64,000 nucleotides of DNA from Acidobacteriota bacterium (GCA_963663035.1 OY760074.1:480001-544000), one strand, 5' to 3'; positions 41,804-51,277 are shown, counted from the first letter of the stretch. The notes: generated from the letters alone by a model not told the origin. Numbers and translations are program-made.

Positions 41804-42307
41804 ATGGATAATCCTCTGGTCCAGCCAGATCCGGGTTTGTTTCTCTGGACCATCCTCACTTTTTTGGTCCTCTTTGGATTGCTGGCCAGGTTCGCCTGGA
41901 AACCTCTTCTGGCCATGTTGGAAAAGCGAGAGGAAATCATCCGGCAGTCTCTGGATGATGCCGAGAAGGTAAAAAACGAGCTGCAGCGACTTCAGCAGGA
42001 ATCGAAAGAGATCCTTTCCAAAGCCAGAGTGGAGGCTCAGTCCATCCTGGCCAAAACTCGGTCTGAGGCTGAGCAGTTGAAGGGAGAGATCAGGCAAAAG
42101 GCCAAGGCTCAGGCCGATTCGATTCTCCGTGATGCAGAAAAACAGATCCAGGTGGAGACGGAGAAGGCTATCGCTGTGCTTAAAAGTGATGTGGTCGACC
42201 TCTCCCTGGTGGTGGCATCCAAGCTGATCAGGAGAAATCTCTCGAAAGAGGACAACCAGTCACTCATCGAAGAGTCCTTGAAGCAGTTCGAAGCCTATCG
42301 GACCTGA
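41804..42307 (+). CDS. atpF: F0F1 ATP synthase subunit b
   Basis: PDPGLFLW TM, AWKPL...REE coiled-coil. Confidence 0.94.
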   Translation: MDNPLVQPDPGLFLWTILTFLVLFGLLARFAWKPLLAMLEKREEIIRQSLDDAEKVKNELQRLQQESKEILSKARVEAQSILAKTRSEAEQLKGEIRQKAKAQADSILRDAEKQIQVETEKAIAVLKSDVVDLSLVVASKLIRRNLSKEDNQSLIEESLKQFEAYRT

Positions 42308-42413
42308 TGGAGCAGCACTCTTTCACAGGATCTACTTTTTCTCTTTTTATGTGCTTTATTAGCTGATAAGATAGAAGGGCCTCCATTTGGGGGGGGAAGA
42401 AGGGAACACTCAT

Positions 42414-42851
42414 ATGCCTCACCTGAAGTTTCTGATAGTGGGAGCGCTGATCGTGGGAGCCATCTCCTATTTGATGTTCAGTGGAATCAACGATTCCATG
42501 GTCTACTATTACACTGTCTCAGAGGCTCTCGAGATGGTACAGGAACTTGACAATAGAGGAATCCGCGTAGGTGGTTATGTCCAGGCCGGCACTATTCAAA
42601 AGGACAACAGTCAATCTCAGGTCGAGTTTCTGGTTTTTGAGAAGGAAAGTGATCGGACTCTCCCGGTGATCTATCAGGGGATCATCCCTGACACCTTTAA
42701 GGATAATGCCGAGGTCCTGGTGGAAGGAATGTATCGCCCTGAGGAAGGAATATTCCATGCCAACGTTCTTCTGGCCAAATGTCCTTCCAAATACGAAGCA
42801 CTAGGTCCCGAACATCCACAAGATATTCCCATCGGAAAGGGTAGTGACTAA
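42414..42851 (+). CDS. ccmE: heme chaperone CcmE (Cys-type, CPSKY)
   Basis: YYYT, IRVGG, PDTFK, VEG, LAKCPSKY. Confidence 0.9.
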   Translation: MPHLKFLIVGALIVGAISYLMFSGINDSMVYYYTVSEALEMVQELDNRGIRVGGYVQAGTIQKDNSQSQVEFLVFEKESDRTLPVIYQGIIPDTFKDNAEVLVEGMYRPEEGIFHANVLLAKCPSKYEALGPEHPQDIPIGKGSD

Positions 42852-42902
42852 CCTCAGCTCGGTGATCTTTGTGGTGAGGCACTAAGTGAGGCACTGACTG
42901 CA

Positions 42903-44894
42903 ATGATCGAGCTTGGCCATTATTGCCTCATCGCTTCCCTACTGGTCTGTGCCTACGGGATGGTGGCGGCTATCGCGGGGGGAGTGCAGAAGAACCTCCC
43001 ACTGGTGCGGAGCGCCGAAAACAGCATTATTGCCCACTTTACCATCCTGGTGGCGGCTTCTTTCTGTCTCTGGTACCTGCTGTTGAGCGACAACTTTCAG
43101 GTGGAGTATGTCGCAAACTTCAGCGCAACTGATATCCCTACTCGTTTTAAGTTCACAGCCTTCTGGGGAGGACAAGAAGGAAGCCTTTTATTGTGGGCGC
43201 TGGTGCTTTCCTTTTTCTCTTTTCTGGTGGTGGTTCAAAACCGCCACCGAAATCGCGATTTGATGCCCTACACCGCTGCTGTTCTTCTGGGGACCATTGG
43301 TTTTTTTATGCTCCTGTTGAACTTCGCCACCAATCCCTTTGAAACGCTGGATTTCATACCGGTTGATGGGCAGGGATTGAATCCGCTGCTGCAAAATTAC
43401 TATATGATCATCCACCCGCCCATACTTTTTTTGGGTTACGTCGGTATGACGATCCCCTTCGCCTTTGCCATGGGGGCCTTGATCAGTGGACGGCTCGACA
43501 CCTCTTGGCTTGCCACTGCTCGCCGATGGACCCTGGTGGCATGGATATTTCTCACCTTTGGGTTCACGCTGGGGGGGATGTGGGCTTACGAAGAACTTGG
43601 CTGGGGAGGATACTGGGCATGGGACCCAGTTGAGAATGCTTCCCTCATGCCCTGGCTCATAGCCACGGCTTTCCTGCATTCGGTGATGATTACGGAAAAG
43701 AAGGGAATGCTCAGGATTTGGAACTTTGTCTTGATTTTGCTGGCATTTGAGCTTTCCATCTTCGGTACTTTTATCACTCGAAGTGGAATCATCTCATCCG
43801 TTCACTCCTTTGCGCTCTCCAGTGTAGGACCGTTTTTTGTGGGCTTTTTGGCCCTTAGCTCTTTCGTCGGTGTTTTTTGGATTGTTTATCGGTCGAAGGA
43901 ATTGCACAGTGAGCAGCGGATGACGTCTTTCTTGTCTCGTGAAGCTTCCTTTCTGCTCAACAACTTACTGTTTGTGTCGATCTGTTTTGCTATTTTCTGG
44001 GGTACGGTGTTTCCTATTCTCTCCGAATGGGTACAGGGTGAGAAAATTACCGTCTCAGCGCCTTTCTTTAATGCGGTGAACCTACCCTTGGGTTTAGCCC
44101 TGCTGATTTTGACCGGTGTGTGCCCTCTGATCGCCTGGCGCAAGGCCTCAGCAAAGAACTTTCGAAGAAACTTTGTCACCCCTCTCCTGGCGGGCTTTCT
44201 CAGCAGTGTGGCGGTGGTGGCTGCAGGTGTTCGTGATCTCATCCCAGTGCTGTTCTTCTCTGCCTGTGGTTTTGTGGCCATGACCCTGATAAACGAGTTC
44301 TATAAGGGCGCTCGTGCTCGCCAGACCATCCGACCCTCGGGGTTTCTCATCGCCTTAACGGATCTGACTTTAATGAACAAGCGTCGTTACGGTGGATTTA
44401 TCATCCACATTGGAGTGGTTTTGGTCTTCGTTGGAATCATCGGCAGCTCATTTTTCCAGAGTGAGGAGCTCTTCACCGTGAACAGAGGCGAGGAATTCAC
44501 TATCGGGGACTACACCTTGAGATTTGAGCAACTGACTTTCAGAGAGGATCCGGAAAAGGAGGTCGTTTTGGCTCACCTAGATATTCTGAAAGGCGGACAG
44601 AAGATCGATGAAATCTATCCCGAAAAGGACTTTCATTACAAAAGTGAGCAACCCATGACAGAGGTGAAGATTCGTTCCACGCTCAAAGAGGATCTTTACG
44701 TGGTTCTGTCAGGGTGGGATGAGGAGGGACAGGCCACCTTTCATGTCTTTATCAATCCTCTGGTTCAACTGATCTGGATCGGAATCGGCATCATGGTCTT
44801 GGGGGGGATGTTCGTTCTCATTCCCAACAAGAAGCTCGGACCAGCGGTGGCTCTCAAGAGACCTGACCAGGAGGTGAGAGAGGAGGCGGCTTAG
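42903..44894 (+). CDS. ccmF: cytochrome c heme lyase CcmF
   Basis: WGGQEGSLLLW, IHPP, WGGYWAWDPVENAS. Confidence 0.96.
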   Translation: MIELGHYCLIASLLVCAYGMVAAIAGGVQKNLPLVRSAENSIIAHFTILVAASFCLWYLLLSDNFQVEYVANFSATDIPTRFKFTAFWGGQEGSLLLWALVLSFFSFLVVVQNRHRNRDLMPYTAAVLLGTIGFFMLLLNFATNPFETLDFIPVDGQGLNPLLQNYYMIIHPPILFLGYVGMTIPFAFAMGALISGRLDTSWLATARRWTLVAWIFLTFGFTLGGMWAYEELGWGGYWAWDPVENASLMPWLIATAFLHSVMITEKKGMLRIWNFVLILLAFELSIFGTFITRSGIISSVHSFALSSVGPFFVGFLALSSFVGVFWIVYRSKELHSEQRMTSFLSREASFLLNNLLFVSICFAIFWGTVFPILSEWVQGEKITVSAPFFNAVNLPLGLALLILTGVCPLIAWRKASAKNFRRNFVTPLLAGFLSSVAVVAAGVRDLIPVLFFSACGFVAMTLINEFYKGARARQTIRPSGFLIALTDLTLMNKRRYGGFIIHIGVVLVFVGIIGSSFFQSEELFTVNRGEEFTIGDYTLRFEQLTFREDPEKEVVLAHLDILKGGQKIDEIYPEKDFHYKSEQPMTEVKIRSTLKEDLYVVLSGWDEEGQATFHVFINPLVQLIWIGIGIMVLGGMFVLIPNKKLGPAVALKRPDQEVREEAA

Positions 44895-44899
44895 TCTAG

Positions 44900-45154
44900 C
44901 CCGGATTATGCATAAATTCTCTACTGCATCGACGAAATCATCCGCCCTGACTGCGTTGCACGACCCGCAAGCGGGTACCCCTCGGCTCCTCAACGTACTC
45001 AAGAGTACGTTTGCGGGGACCGACCCGTGGCGGGTACCCCTCGCTCGCCAGTCGGAGCCGCAGGCTTTAGCCTGCGGGCCCGTGGGCTTAAGCCCACGGC
45101 TCTGTTTTTCGGCGCTTTCGTCGCTTCGTGACAAGAACCTATGCATAAACCGAG
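44900..45154 (+). mobile_element. MITE family B copy (255 bp), open in frame with ccmH
   Basis: ctag|cccggattatgcataa ... tatgcataaaccgag|cttg. Confidence 0.88.
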
Positions 45155-45606
45155 CTTGTTCCATTACTCTTGTGCTCCTGCTGTTGGGCTCTTTGGCATT
45201 TGGGCAGGACTCCTCCCAAGAGGAAATCGTTTCGCGGATTACCGCCAACCTGATGTGCACCTGCGGATGTCCTCATATCATCCACCAGTGCGGCAACGAA
45301 TGTTCCGTAGCACCCCAACTGGAGAAGGAGATCACAGACTTGGTGATCTCAGGCAGGACAGAGGAGGAAGTCTATGCCATCTTCGAAGCCAGCTACGGGA
45401 TGAGGGTGCTAGCGGTTCCCAGGGCAGAGGGATTTAATCTGCTGGCTTGGGTGATGCCTTTTGTGGGGCTTTTAGCGGGAGCTGTTTTTATCTTTATGGT
45501 GATTAAGCGTCTCAAGCCTGATGACTCCAACCAGAAAGCTGAAGACGTCCTTCCCGAAGTTAGCGAAAGATATCGAAAGCTCATAGATAGGGAATTGGAG
45601 CGGTGA
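44908..45606 (+). CDS. ccmH: CcmH/CycL-family protein; start uncertain, first ~82 codons are MITE-derived
   Basis: LMCTCGC...C, YGMRVLAVP, LAWVMP. Confidence 0.8.
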   Translation: MHKFSTASTKSSALTALHDPQAGTPRLLNVLKSTFAGTDPWRVPLARQSEPQALACGPVGLSPRLCFSALSSLRDKNLCINRACSITLVLLLLGSLAFGQDSSQEEIVSRITANLMCTCGCPHIIHQCGNECSVAPQLEKEITDLVISGRTEEEVYAIFEASYGMRVLAVPRAEGFNLLAWVMPFVGLLAGAVFIFMVIKRLKPDDSNQKAEDVLPEVSERYRKLIDRELER

Positions 45607-45918
45607 ATGATCTTACTCATCGCGCCCCTTTTGTTCATAGGCGCAGTCCTCTATATTGCCTATCCTCTTCTGAAAGATGAGATCAGGGAGCCAGCCCCTG
45701 AGGATGAAACAACAGATCAAGAGAAGCTTCTGCAAGAAAAAAAGGACATTATTGAGTCCTTAAAAGATATCGAGATGGATTTCCGCATGGGCAAGTTGTC
45801 TACCCTGGACTATCAATCTCTCAAGAGCGATTTCGAGCAGCAGGCCGTGAAAAGTTTCCAAAGGATTCAGTCACTGCAGGCGAAGGACGGCAAGATCGGG
45901 AAGAAGAAAAGAACCTGA
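45607..45918 (+). CDS. CcmI N-terminus-like membrane protein
   Basis: TM then LKDIEMDFRMGKLS..DY, resembling the CcmI/CycH cytoplasmic loop. Confidence 0.6.
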   Translation: MILLIAPLLFIGAVLYIAYPLLKDEIREPAPEDETTDQEKLLQEKKDIIESLKDIEMDFRMGKLSTLDYQSLKSDFEQQAVKSFQRIQSLQAKDGKIGKKKRT

Positions 45919-45920
45919 GG

Positions 45921-46655
45921 ATGCCCCCCAAAGCCGTCCCTCTGTTACGACTTTCTAAACTCACCAAGAAATTCGGAGCCATCCGGGCGGTCTGGAATGT
46001 GGATCTGGAGATCAGCCGGGGCGATTGTCTGGCTATCTTTGGTCCCAATGGGGCCGGTAAGACGACCTTGCTCAAAGTTATTGCGTCCTTAACACAGCCC
46101 ACCAATGGAGAAATTTCCTTCAAGGGCCACAATCGGAGGCGGGACGGGGTGGGCTACGTCTCGCACCTCAGCCTTCTGTACAACGAGTTGACCGGTATGG
46201 AGAACTTGTTGTTTTATGCGCGTCTGTTTCAGATAAAGGACGCTCAGCTACGGGCAGCTGAAATGTTATCCAAAATGGGGCTAAAGGAAGCACGCAATCA
46301 GCCTGCTAGAGAGTATTCGAGGGGTATGAAACAGAGATTGACCTTGGCCCGGGCGCTCTTGCACGAACCCCAATTGCTGCTCCTGGATGAGCCCTACACC
46401 GGACTCGATCAACACGGATGTCGTCTTTTCACGGAAGTCCTCCGAGGATTGAAACAAGAGGGGAGGACCATCTTGCTGGTCACCCATAATCTTGGCGAAG
46501 GACTGGAGTTGTGTAATCGAGTGATGATTCAGAACAGAGGTGAAGTGGTTTTTCAAGCTCCTCGCGAGCATGTGGATCCCTCTGGATTTGAAAGACTCTA
46601 CTTTCAGGCAGTTGAAGAAGGAGGCAGGAGGCAGGAGATAGGAGGCAGGAGATAG
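45921..46655 (+). CDS. ccmA: heme exporter ATP-binding protein CcmA
   Basis: GPNGAGKT, YSRGMKQR, LLLDEP; context. Confidence 0.9.
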   Translation: MPPKAVPLLRLSKLTKKFGAIRAVWNVDLEISRGDCLAIFGPNGAGKTTLLKVIASLTQPTNGEISFKGHNRRRDGVGYVSHLSLLYNELTGMENLLFYARLFQIKDAQLRAAEMLSKMGLKEARNQPAREYSRGMKQRLTLARALLHEPQLLLLDEPYTGLDQHGCRLFTEVLRGLKQEGRTILLVTHNLGEGLELCNRVMIQNRGEVVFQAPREHVDPSGFERLYFQAVEEGGRRQEIGGRR

Positions 46656-46745
46656 GAGGCAGGAGATAGGAGGCAGGAGATAGGAGCACAGGCTCTGTAC
46701 ACAAATGTGCTTATTCTGACTCCTACCTCCTGACTCCTACCTCCT
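46620..46745. repeat. heptamer array (AGGAGGC/AGGAGAT) plus inverted arm
   Basis: gaggcaggagataggaggcaggagat... then gactcctacctcctgactcctacctcct; overlaps the ccmA 3' end. Confidence 0.85.
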
Positions 46746-46752
46746 TCTTATT

Positions 46753-47430
46753 ATGAACTCCATTAGGCTCATCTGGATACTGGTTGCGAAAGATCTCAAG
46801 ATCGAATGGCGCTCAAGACAGGCCTTATTGACGACCGTGTTCTTTGCGCTTCTCATCCTGGTTGTGTTCAATTTTGCTTTTGATCCGGGAAGTCAAGCTA
46901 CCAGGGAGGCGGCACCGGGGATTCTCTGGGTGGCTTTGCTTTTTCCCGGAATTATCCAGGTGAATCGTTCCTTTCAGATCGAGATGGAAGAGGGGACGTT
47001 ATACGGATTGTTTCTCTCGCCTGCTGATCGAGGAATCCTTTTTTTAGGCAAATTTCTGGCCAACTGGTTATTCTTGATGGTTGTGGACCTGGTCGTTCTG
47101 CTGCTTTTTTTGATTTTCTATAATTTCAGCCTTTCTATTCAAATCCTCTGGATAGCTCTGTTGGTAGTACTCTCTGGTGTCGGTTTCGCAGCGGTTGGGA
47201 CACTGTTTGGTGCCATGGTCAGTAACATTCGTACCCGGGAAGTCCTGTTGCCCATTTTGCTCTTTCCCATCCTCCTCCCTATAATTCTACCTGCTGTCAA
47301 TGGAACACAAGAAGTCTTGCTTTTCCAAGAAATACAGTCGCTGAACCGGTCGGTCGGGTTTCTGGTTTGTTTTGACGTGATTTTCGTGGCCGCCGGATTT
47401 CTACTCTTCGAATATGTCGTCTCTGATTAA
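46753..47430 (+). CDS. ccmB: heme exporter permease CcmB
   Basis: KDLKIEWRS, PGILWV, LLPILLFP. Confidence 0.92.
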   Translation: MNSIRLIWILVAKDLKIEWRSRQALLTTVFFALLILVVFNFAFDPGSQATREAAPGILWVALLFPGIIQVNRSFQIEMEEGTLYGLFLSPADRGILFLGKFLANWLFLMVVDLVVLLLFLIFYNFSLSIQILWIALLVVLSGVGFAAVGTLFGAMVSNIRTREVLLPILLFPILLPIILPAVNGTQEVLLFQEIQSLNRSVGFLVCFDVIFVAAGFLLFEYVVSD

Positions 47431-48139
47431 TCAGTCTTCCTGGCTATCAGCCAGACGGTCTCTGCGAATCGTGGATTGGTCGCTGATTCCCCTCTATCTC
47501 TTGATGGTTGCGGCTTTATATGGAGCCTTTCTTTACGCCCCCACTGAAAGCGAGATGGGTCCAGTGCAGCGCATTTTCTATTTCCACGTGGGTGCCGCCT
47601 GGAATGCCTTTCTGGCATTCTTCGGTGTGTTTCTGGGTGGACTTCTCTATCTCATCACCCGCAAACAGAGTTGGGATCATTTGGCGGCCTCGTGCGCGGA
47701 AGTCGGTGTGGTCTTTACCACCATCGTTTTGACCACAGGCCCGATCTGGGCCAAACCAATTTGGAACACGTGGTGGCCGTGGAGTGACCCCAGAGTGATG
47801 ACTACCACGGTGTTGTGGCTCATTTATGTGGCTTATCTGATTCTGCGATCCAGCTTGCCGGAGGGAGACACAAAGTACAAATACTGTGCTGTCTTTGGGA
47901 TTATCGGCTTTCTTGATGTGCCGATTGTTTGGCTGTCGATTCGTTGGTGGAGAACCATCCATCCTGTTGTTATCACCAGCAGCGGTGCGCAATTGGAGCC
48001 CGAGATGCTCCACGCTTTAATCGTTTCTGTCATCGCCATGACATTTCTCTGCGTTACGCTGGTGATGTTGAGAATGGCCCAGCTTCTGAACTACAGCATG
48101 GCAGAAGAACTTGCTCAAGAATTGGTCGAACGAGCATGA
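47414..48139 (+). CDS. ccmC: heme exporter CcmC
   Basis: IFYFHV, WAKPIWNTWWPWSDPR (WWD domain), WRTIHP. Confidence 0.92.
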   Translation: MSSLINQSSWLSARRSLRIVDWSLIPLYLLMVAALYGAFLYAPTESEMGPVQRIFYFHVGAAWNAFLAFFGVFLGGLLYLITRKQSWDHLAASCAEVGVVFTTIVLTTGPIWAKPIWNTWWPWSDPRVMTTTVLWLIYVAYLILRSSLPEGDTKYKYCAVFGIIGFLDVPIVWLSIRWWRTIHPVVITSSGAQLEPEMLHALIVSVIAMTFLCVTLVMLRMAQLLNYSMAEELAQELVERA

Positions 48140-48273
48140 ATTTCCTTTTTCTCGGATATGGAGTTATCTGGACGATTCTGTTCTGCTACCTCGTCTACCT
48201 GACACGAAGCCAGAAGCGGGTGAATGAGAAGTTGAAATCCCTATTGGAGGGATTGCAGGATCGCAACAGATAA
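48136..48273 (+). CDS. ccmD: CcmD-family small membrane protein
   Basis: MNFLFLGYGVIWTILFCYLVYL plus basic tail; ATGA overlap with ccmC. Confidence 0.8.
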   Translation: MNFLFLGYGVIWTILFCYLVYLTRSQKRVNEKLKSLLEGLQDRNR

Positions 48274-48595
48274 TCCTCCGTGCGTGAATTCAAATATGTT
48301 TGCTTGAGGTGGGGTTCCTTTCTCTGGGGAGAGCCGGAGAAGAGCTTCCCTGGATTTGTAGTCATAGCAGCTGAGATAGTATGATAATCAAGGAAGTAAA
48401 GAAGGTGATTTCTGCACTTTTTAGAACGTTTCGGTGCATTCTACTGGCTTGTTAGTTAAATCATTTCAGAATAGAGGATTGCGTACGAGTGACCTGTGCT
48501 TTAGCTGATCATTCGGGTGGACCCGAAATTGACAGTCATCGAATCACGAACAACTTTGGGGAAGCTCCTGGAGAATACTGCGGCGGGAGGCAATC

Positions 48596-50506
48596 ATGCT
48601 GCTGAGTCTCTATAAGGTCGTTCTCCCGGTATCTGACATTGATAAAGCCGAGGCCTTCTACAGTCACCTGCTGGGAGTGCCTGGTCGACGAGTCTCTCCG
48701 GGCCAGCATCACTTTGACTGTGGAGGAATGATCCTCAACTGCTATGACTCGATGGCTGACGGAGATTCCTCCCAGGTTTCCCCCAGTCCTCACAAGTTGT
48801 ATTTTGTTGTGGAGGATCTCGAAGCCGTATTTGAACGAGCCAAGAGTGCCGGCTGCCCTTCCCTGGACGAGAAGATCGACAAGCAACCCTGGGGTGATTG
48901 CTCTTTTTCTGCACAAGATCCCTTTACAAACTCCCTCGGCTTTCTGGACGAAAAAACAGCGGTTCAACAAATTGGCCAACAATCAGCAACGGGACCTGAC
49001 GATGGCCTGAGGATCGGAACTGCACTCTCCGTTCAGTCAATTGAAGGAGAGACTGAAAGGCAGGCGGCTGCTGTTTTAAGAATCTTCAGTGACGAAATCT
49101 GGTTGCAATTTTCACAACCATTCGCTCAGCCCCTCTTCAAGCAAGGAGAAAAAGTCAGAGTTCAATATGGAGATGGATCTGCATATGTGTACTCTGACAC
49201 AGAGATCGTCAAACTTGTTCCTTCAGACAATCAATATTTAGCCATCTCCATCCCCGAGAAAGCGCATGCACTCAAGAGGAGGGCAATCCCCCGGATCCAG
49301 TCTGAGGTTCCCATCACCGTTTCAGTCCTCACCTCTGCTAATGGCGAGGTTGCCTCAGGGGAAGCCTTTGACTCCAAGACCCATGACATTAGCACCGGGG
49401 GGCTGAGATTTGACACGACCTTTCCATTGGAGAAAGGGGACGAACTATCGCTGAAACTTCAGTTGACTTCGACGCAGGAGATCTCCCTCACCGCAAAAGT
49501 GATGGGATCCAAGAAGGTTAAGCTGAAAGGAAAGGCTGTGATTTTGGTTGGCACCCAGTTTGTTGAAATGCACCTGGATGACCAGATCAAGCTCCTCCAG
49601 TTCTTGATCGGGGAAGAAGAAGGTGGGGGAATAGCTCCTCCGGCAGTGAAGAGCCTGGTGGAAGAGCCCAAGGTGGCTGCTCCGGCGGTGCCAAGTTCGG
49701 TGGAAGAGCCCAAGGTGGCTGCTCCGGCGGTGCCAAGTCCGGTGGAAGAGCCGAAGGTGGCTGCTCCGGCGGTGCCAAGTCCGGTGGAAGAGCCCAAGGT
49801 GGCTGCTCCGGCGGTGCCAAGTCCGGTGGAAGAGCCCAAGGTGGCTGCTCCGGCGGTGCCAAGTCCGGTGGAAGAGCCCAAGGTGGCTGCTCCGGTTGTC
49901 CAAAGTCCGCTGGAAGAGCCCAAGGTGGCTGCTGAAGCAGTCAGTCAGAAAAAAGAGCTGAGGTTAGCTGTTGAGGAAGTGAAGAGTCCGGAGGAAGAGC
50001 CCAAAGCGGCTGCTGAGCCTGTGCCAGGTCCGGAGGAAGAGCCCAAGTCAGACCTGTCCTGGTTTGCCTCCCAAATTCATCAGCCGGAGAAGAGTGAGGA
50101 TGTCGTACAGGCGGCAGCTCCCGAGGCGATGAAGAGCGAGACAGCGGAGAAAGCTGTCATGTCGATAGTTCAGGCAGTTCCAAGTGTTCAGTCGGGGAAG
50201 GCATTTCTGGAGTTCAGTAATGGCTACCATCAACCGGTAACGTTGAAGAACGTGTTCGCAGCAAAGGGAGCAGGCTCCTTGACCCCATTACTGGCTGAGC
50301 CAAGACAACTTTCCTCGGGGGAAACGCAGCGCCTGGACGTGACCGAAGCTCTGCTTCCTTTGTTTAACCAGAACGCTTCGGAGGTACAAGAGAAACCGGT
50401 CCAGATCTTACTCGCTTTAGAGCCGGAACCGCCAGATCAACCAGCGCCTTCCCGCTACCTTCTGAAGTTTGATAAAGAGAGTTTCACGGAATTCTCTTGC
50501 CGGTAG
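48596..50506 (+). CDS. VOC/glyoxalase-like + YcgR-like/PilZ + Pro-rich repeat protein
   Basis: VSDIDKAEAFY...PWG...DPF (VOC); RRAIPR and DISTGG (PilZ); 14-aa repeats. Confidence 0.75.
   Translation: MLLSLYKVVLPVSDIDKAEAFYSHLLGVPGRRVSPGQHHFDCGGMILNCYDSMADGDSSQVSPSPHKLYFVVEDLEAVFERAKSAGCPSLDEKIDKQPWGDCSFSAQDPFTNSLGFLDEKTAVQQIGQQSATGPDDGLRIGTALSVQSIEGETERQAAAVLRIFSDEIWLQFSQPFAQPLFKQGEKVRVQYGDGSAYVYSDTEIVKLVPSDNQYLAISIPEKAHALKRRAIPRIQSEVPITVSVLTSANGEVASGEAFDSKTHDISTGGLRFDTTFPLEKGDELSLKLQLTSTQEISLTAKVMGSKKVKLKGKAVILVGTQFVEMHLDDQIKLLQFLIGEEEGGGIAPPAVKSLVEEPKVAAPAVPSSVEEPKVAAPAVPSPVEEPKVAAPAVPSPVEEPKVAAPAVPSPVEEPKVAAPAVPSPVEEPKVAAPVVQSPLEEPKVAAEAVSQKKELRLAVEEVKSPEEEPKAAAEPVPGPEEEPKSDLSWFASQIHQPEKSEDVVQAAAPEAMKSETAEKAVMSIVQAVPSVQSGKAFLEFSNGYHQPVTLKNVFAAKGAGSLTPLLAEPRQLSSGETQRLDVTEALLPLFNQNASEVQEKPVQILLALEPEPPDQPAPSRYLLKFDKESFTEFSCR
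49658..49933 (+). repeat. 42-bp coding tandem repeat, about 6.5 units (VEEPKVAAPAVPSP)
   Basis: gtggaagagcccaaggtggctgc recurring every 42 bp. Confidence 0.95.
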
Positions 50507-50519
50507 GAAGCTTCTCGGT

Positions 50520-51170
50520 CTATTGGCCTGAGATGAACGCTTTGAGTTCCTGAACGCCCACCCCAAACCCGGCGGTGGAATCTTCCGGTCCCATCCTGTA
50601 ACTTGCGATTCCAACCACGGTCCCTTGCTCAGTGACAAAAGGGCTACCACTGTTTCCAGGATCAATCTGCTGATCAACTTGAATGAGGACGGTGCCTTCA
50701 ATCACTCGAAGCGCATTGATGATGGTCTTGGTCAGTTCTCTGGAACCACCGGACGGAGGACCGAGTACAAAGACGTCCTCACCCACATCGACGCTACTGG
50801 CATCTCCCAGGGTGAAGTATTGAGGAGTCTTGGTCGGAATTTGAATGAGAGCCAGGTCCCGACCTTCGTCCAGACGCACAATCTTTCCCAGAAAAACGTC
50901 TCCAGAAGGCGTGCTGACCTTGATGCGGTTCGCTGCATTCACGAGATGGAAGTTCGTTGCGATCATTCCATCTCCATCCACCATAAATCCTTTTCCTGTC
51001 CTTCCATCAGCTGTGATGGTGACCACACTCCCCGAGGCTGTAAAGGAGGAAGGGACCTCAGGAGTGACGCTTTCAGAAGTTGGTGCAGCCTGAGGAGGCG
51101 GCTTCCTATCGCTCAATGATCGGAGATGATCCTTTAAAGCTCGTATTCGCTGCTCTTTAGCCTCCTTCAT
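50520..51170 (-). CDS. trypsin-like (S1C/HtrA-type, no PDZ) serine protease
   Basis: Catalytic triad motifs TNFH, DLALI, PGNSGSP; no signal peptide seen. Confidence 0.85.
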   Translation of the reverse strand: MKEAKEQRIRALKDHLRSLSDRKPPPQAAPTSESVTPEVPSSFTASGSVVTITADGRTGKGFMVDGDGMIATNFHLVNAANRIKVSTPSGDVFLGKIVRLDEGRDLALIQIPTKTPQYFTLGDASSVDVGEDVFVLGPPSGGSRELTKTIINALRVIEGTVLIQVDQQIDPGNSGSPFVTEQGTVVGIASYRMGPEDSTAGFGVGVQELKAFISGQ

Positions 51171-51277
51171 TCTTCCGGCTCCCGATTAGAATACCCCTAT
51201 TTGTCGATTGTTTTGTGGCAATGCCGAGCAGTATAGCAACATCGCCTATACTAATAAACTGGTCCAAGTGCATAACG

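Noticed and set aside
42874-42895. 10-bp direct repeat gtgaggcact before ccmF
   Set aside because: Too short and seen only once; likely a local slippage duplication around the SD.
49658-49933. Possible CRISPR array
   Set aside because: Contiguous 42-bp units with no unique spacers, in frame inside a CDS, and no cas genes.
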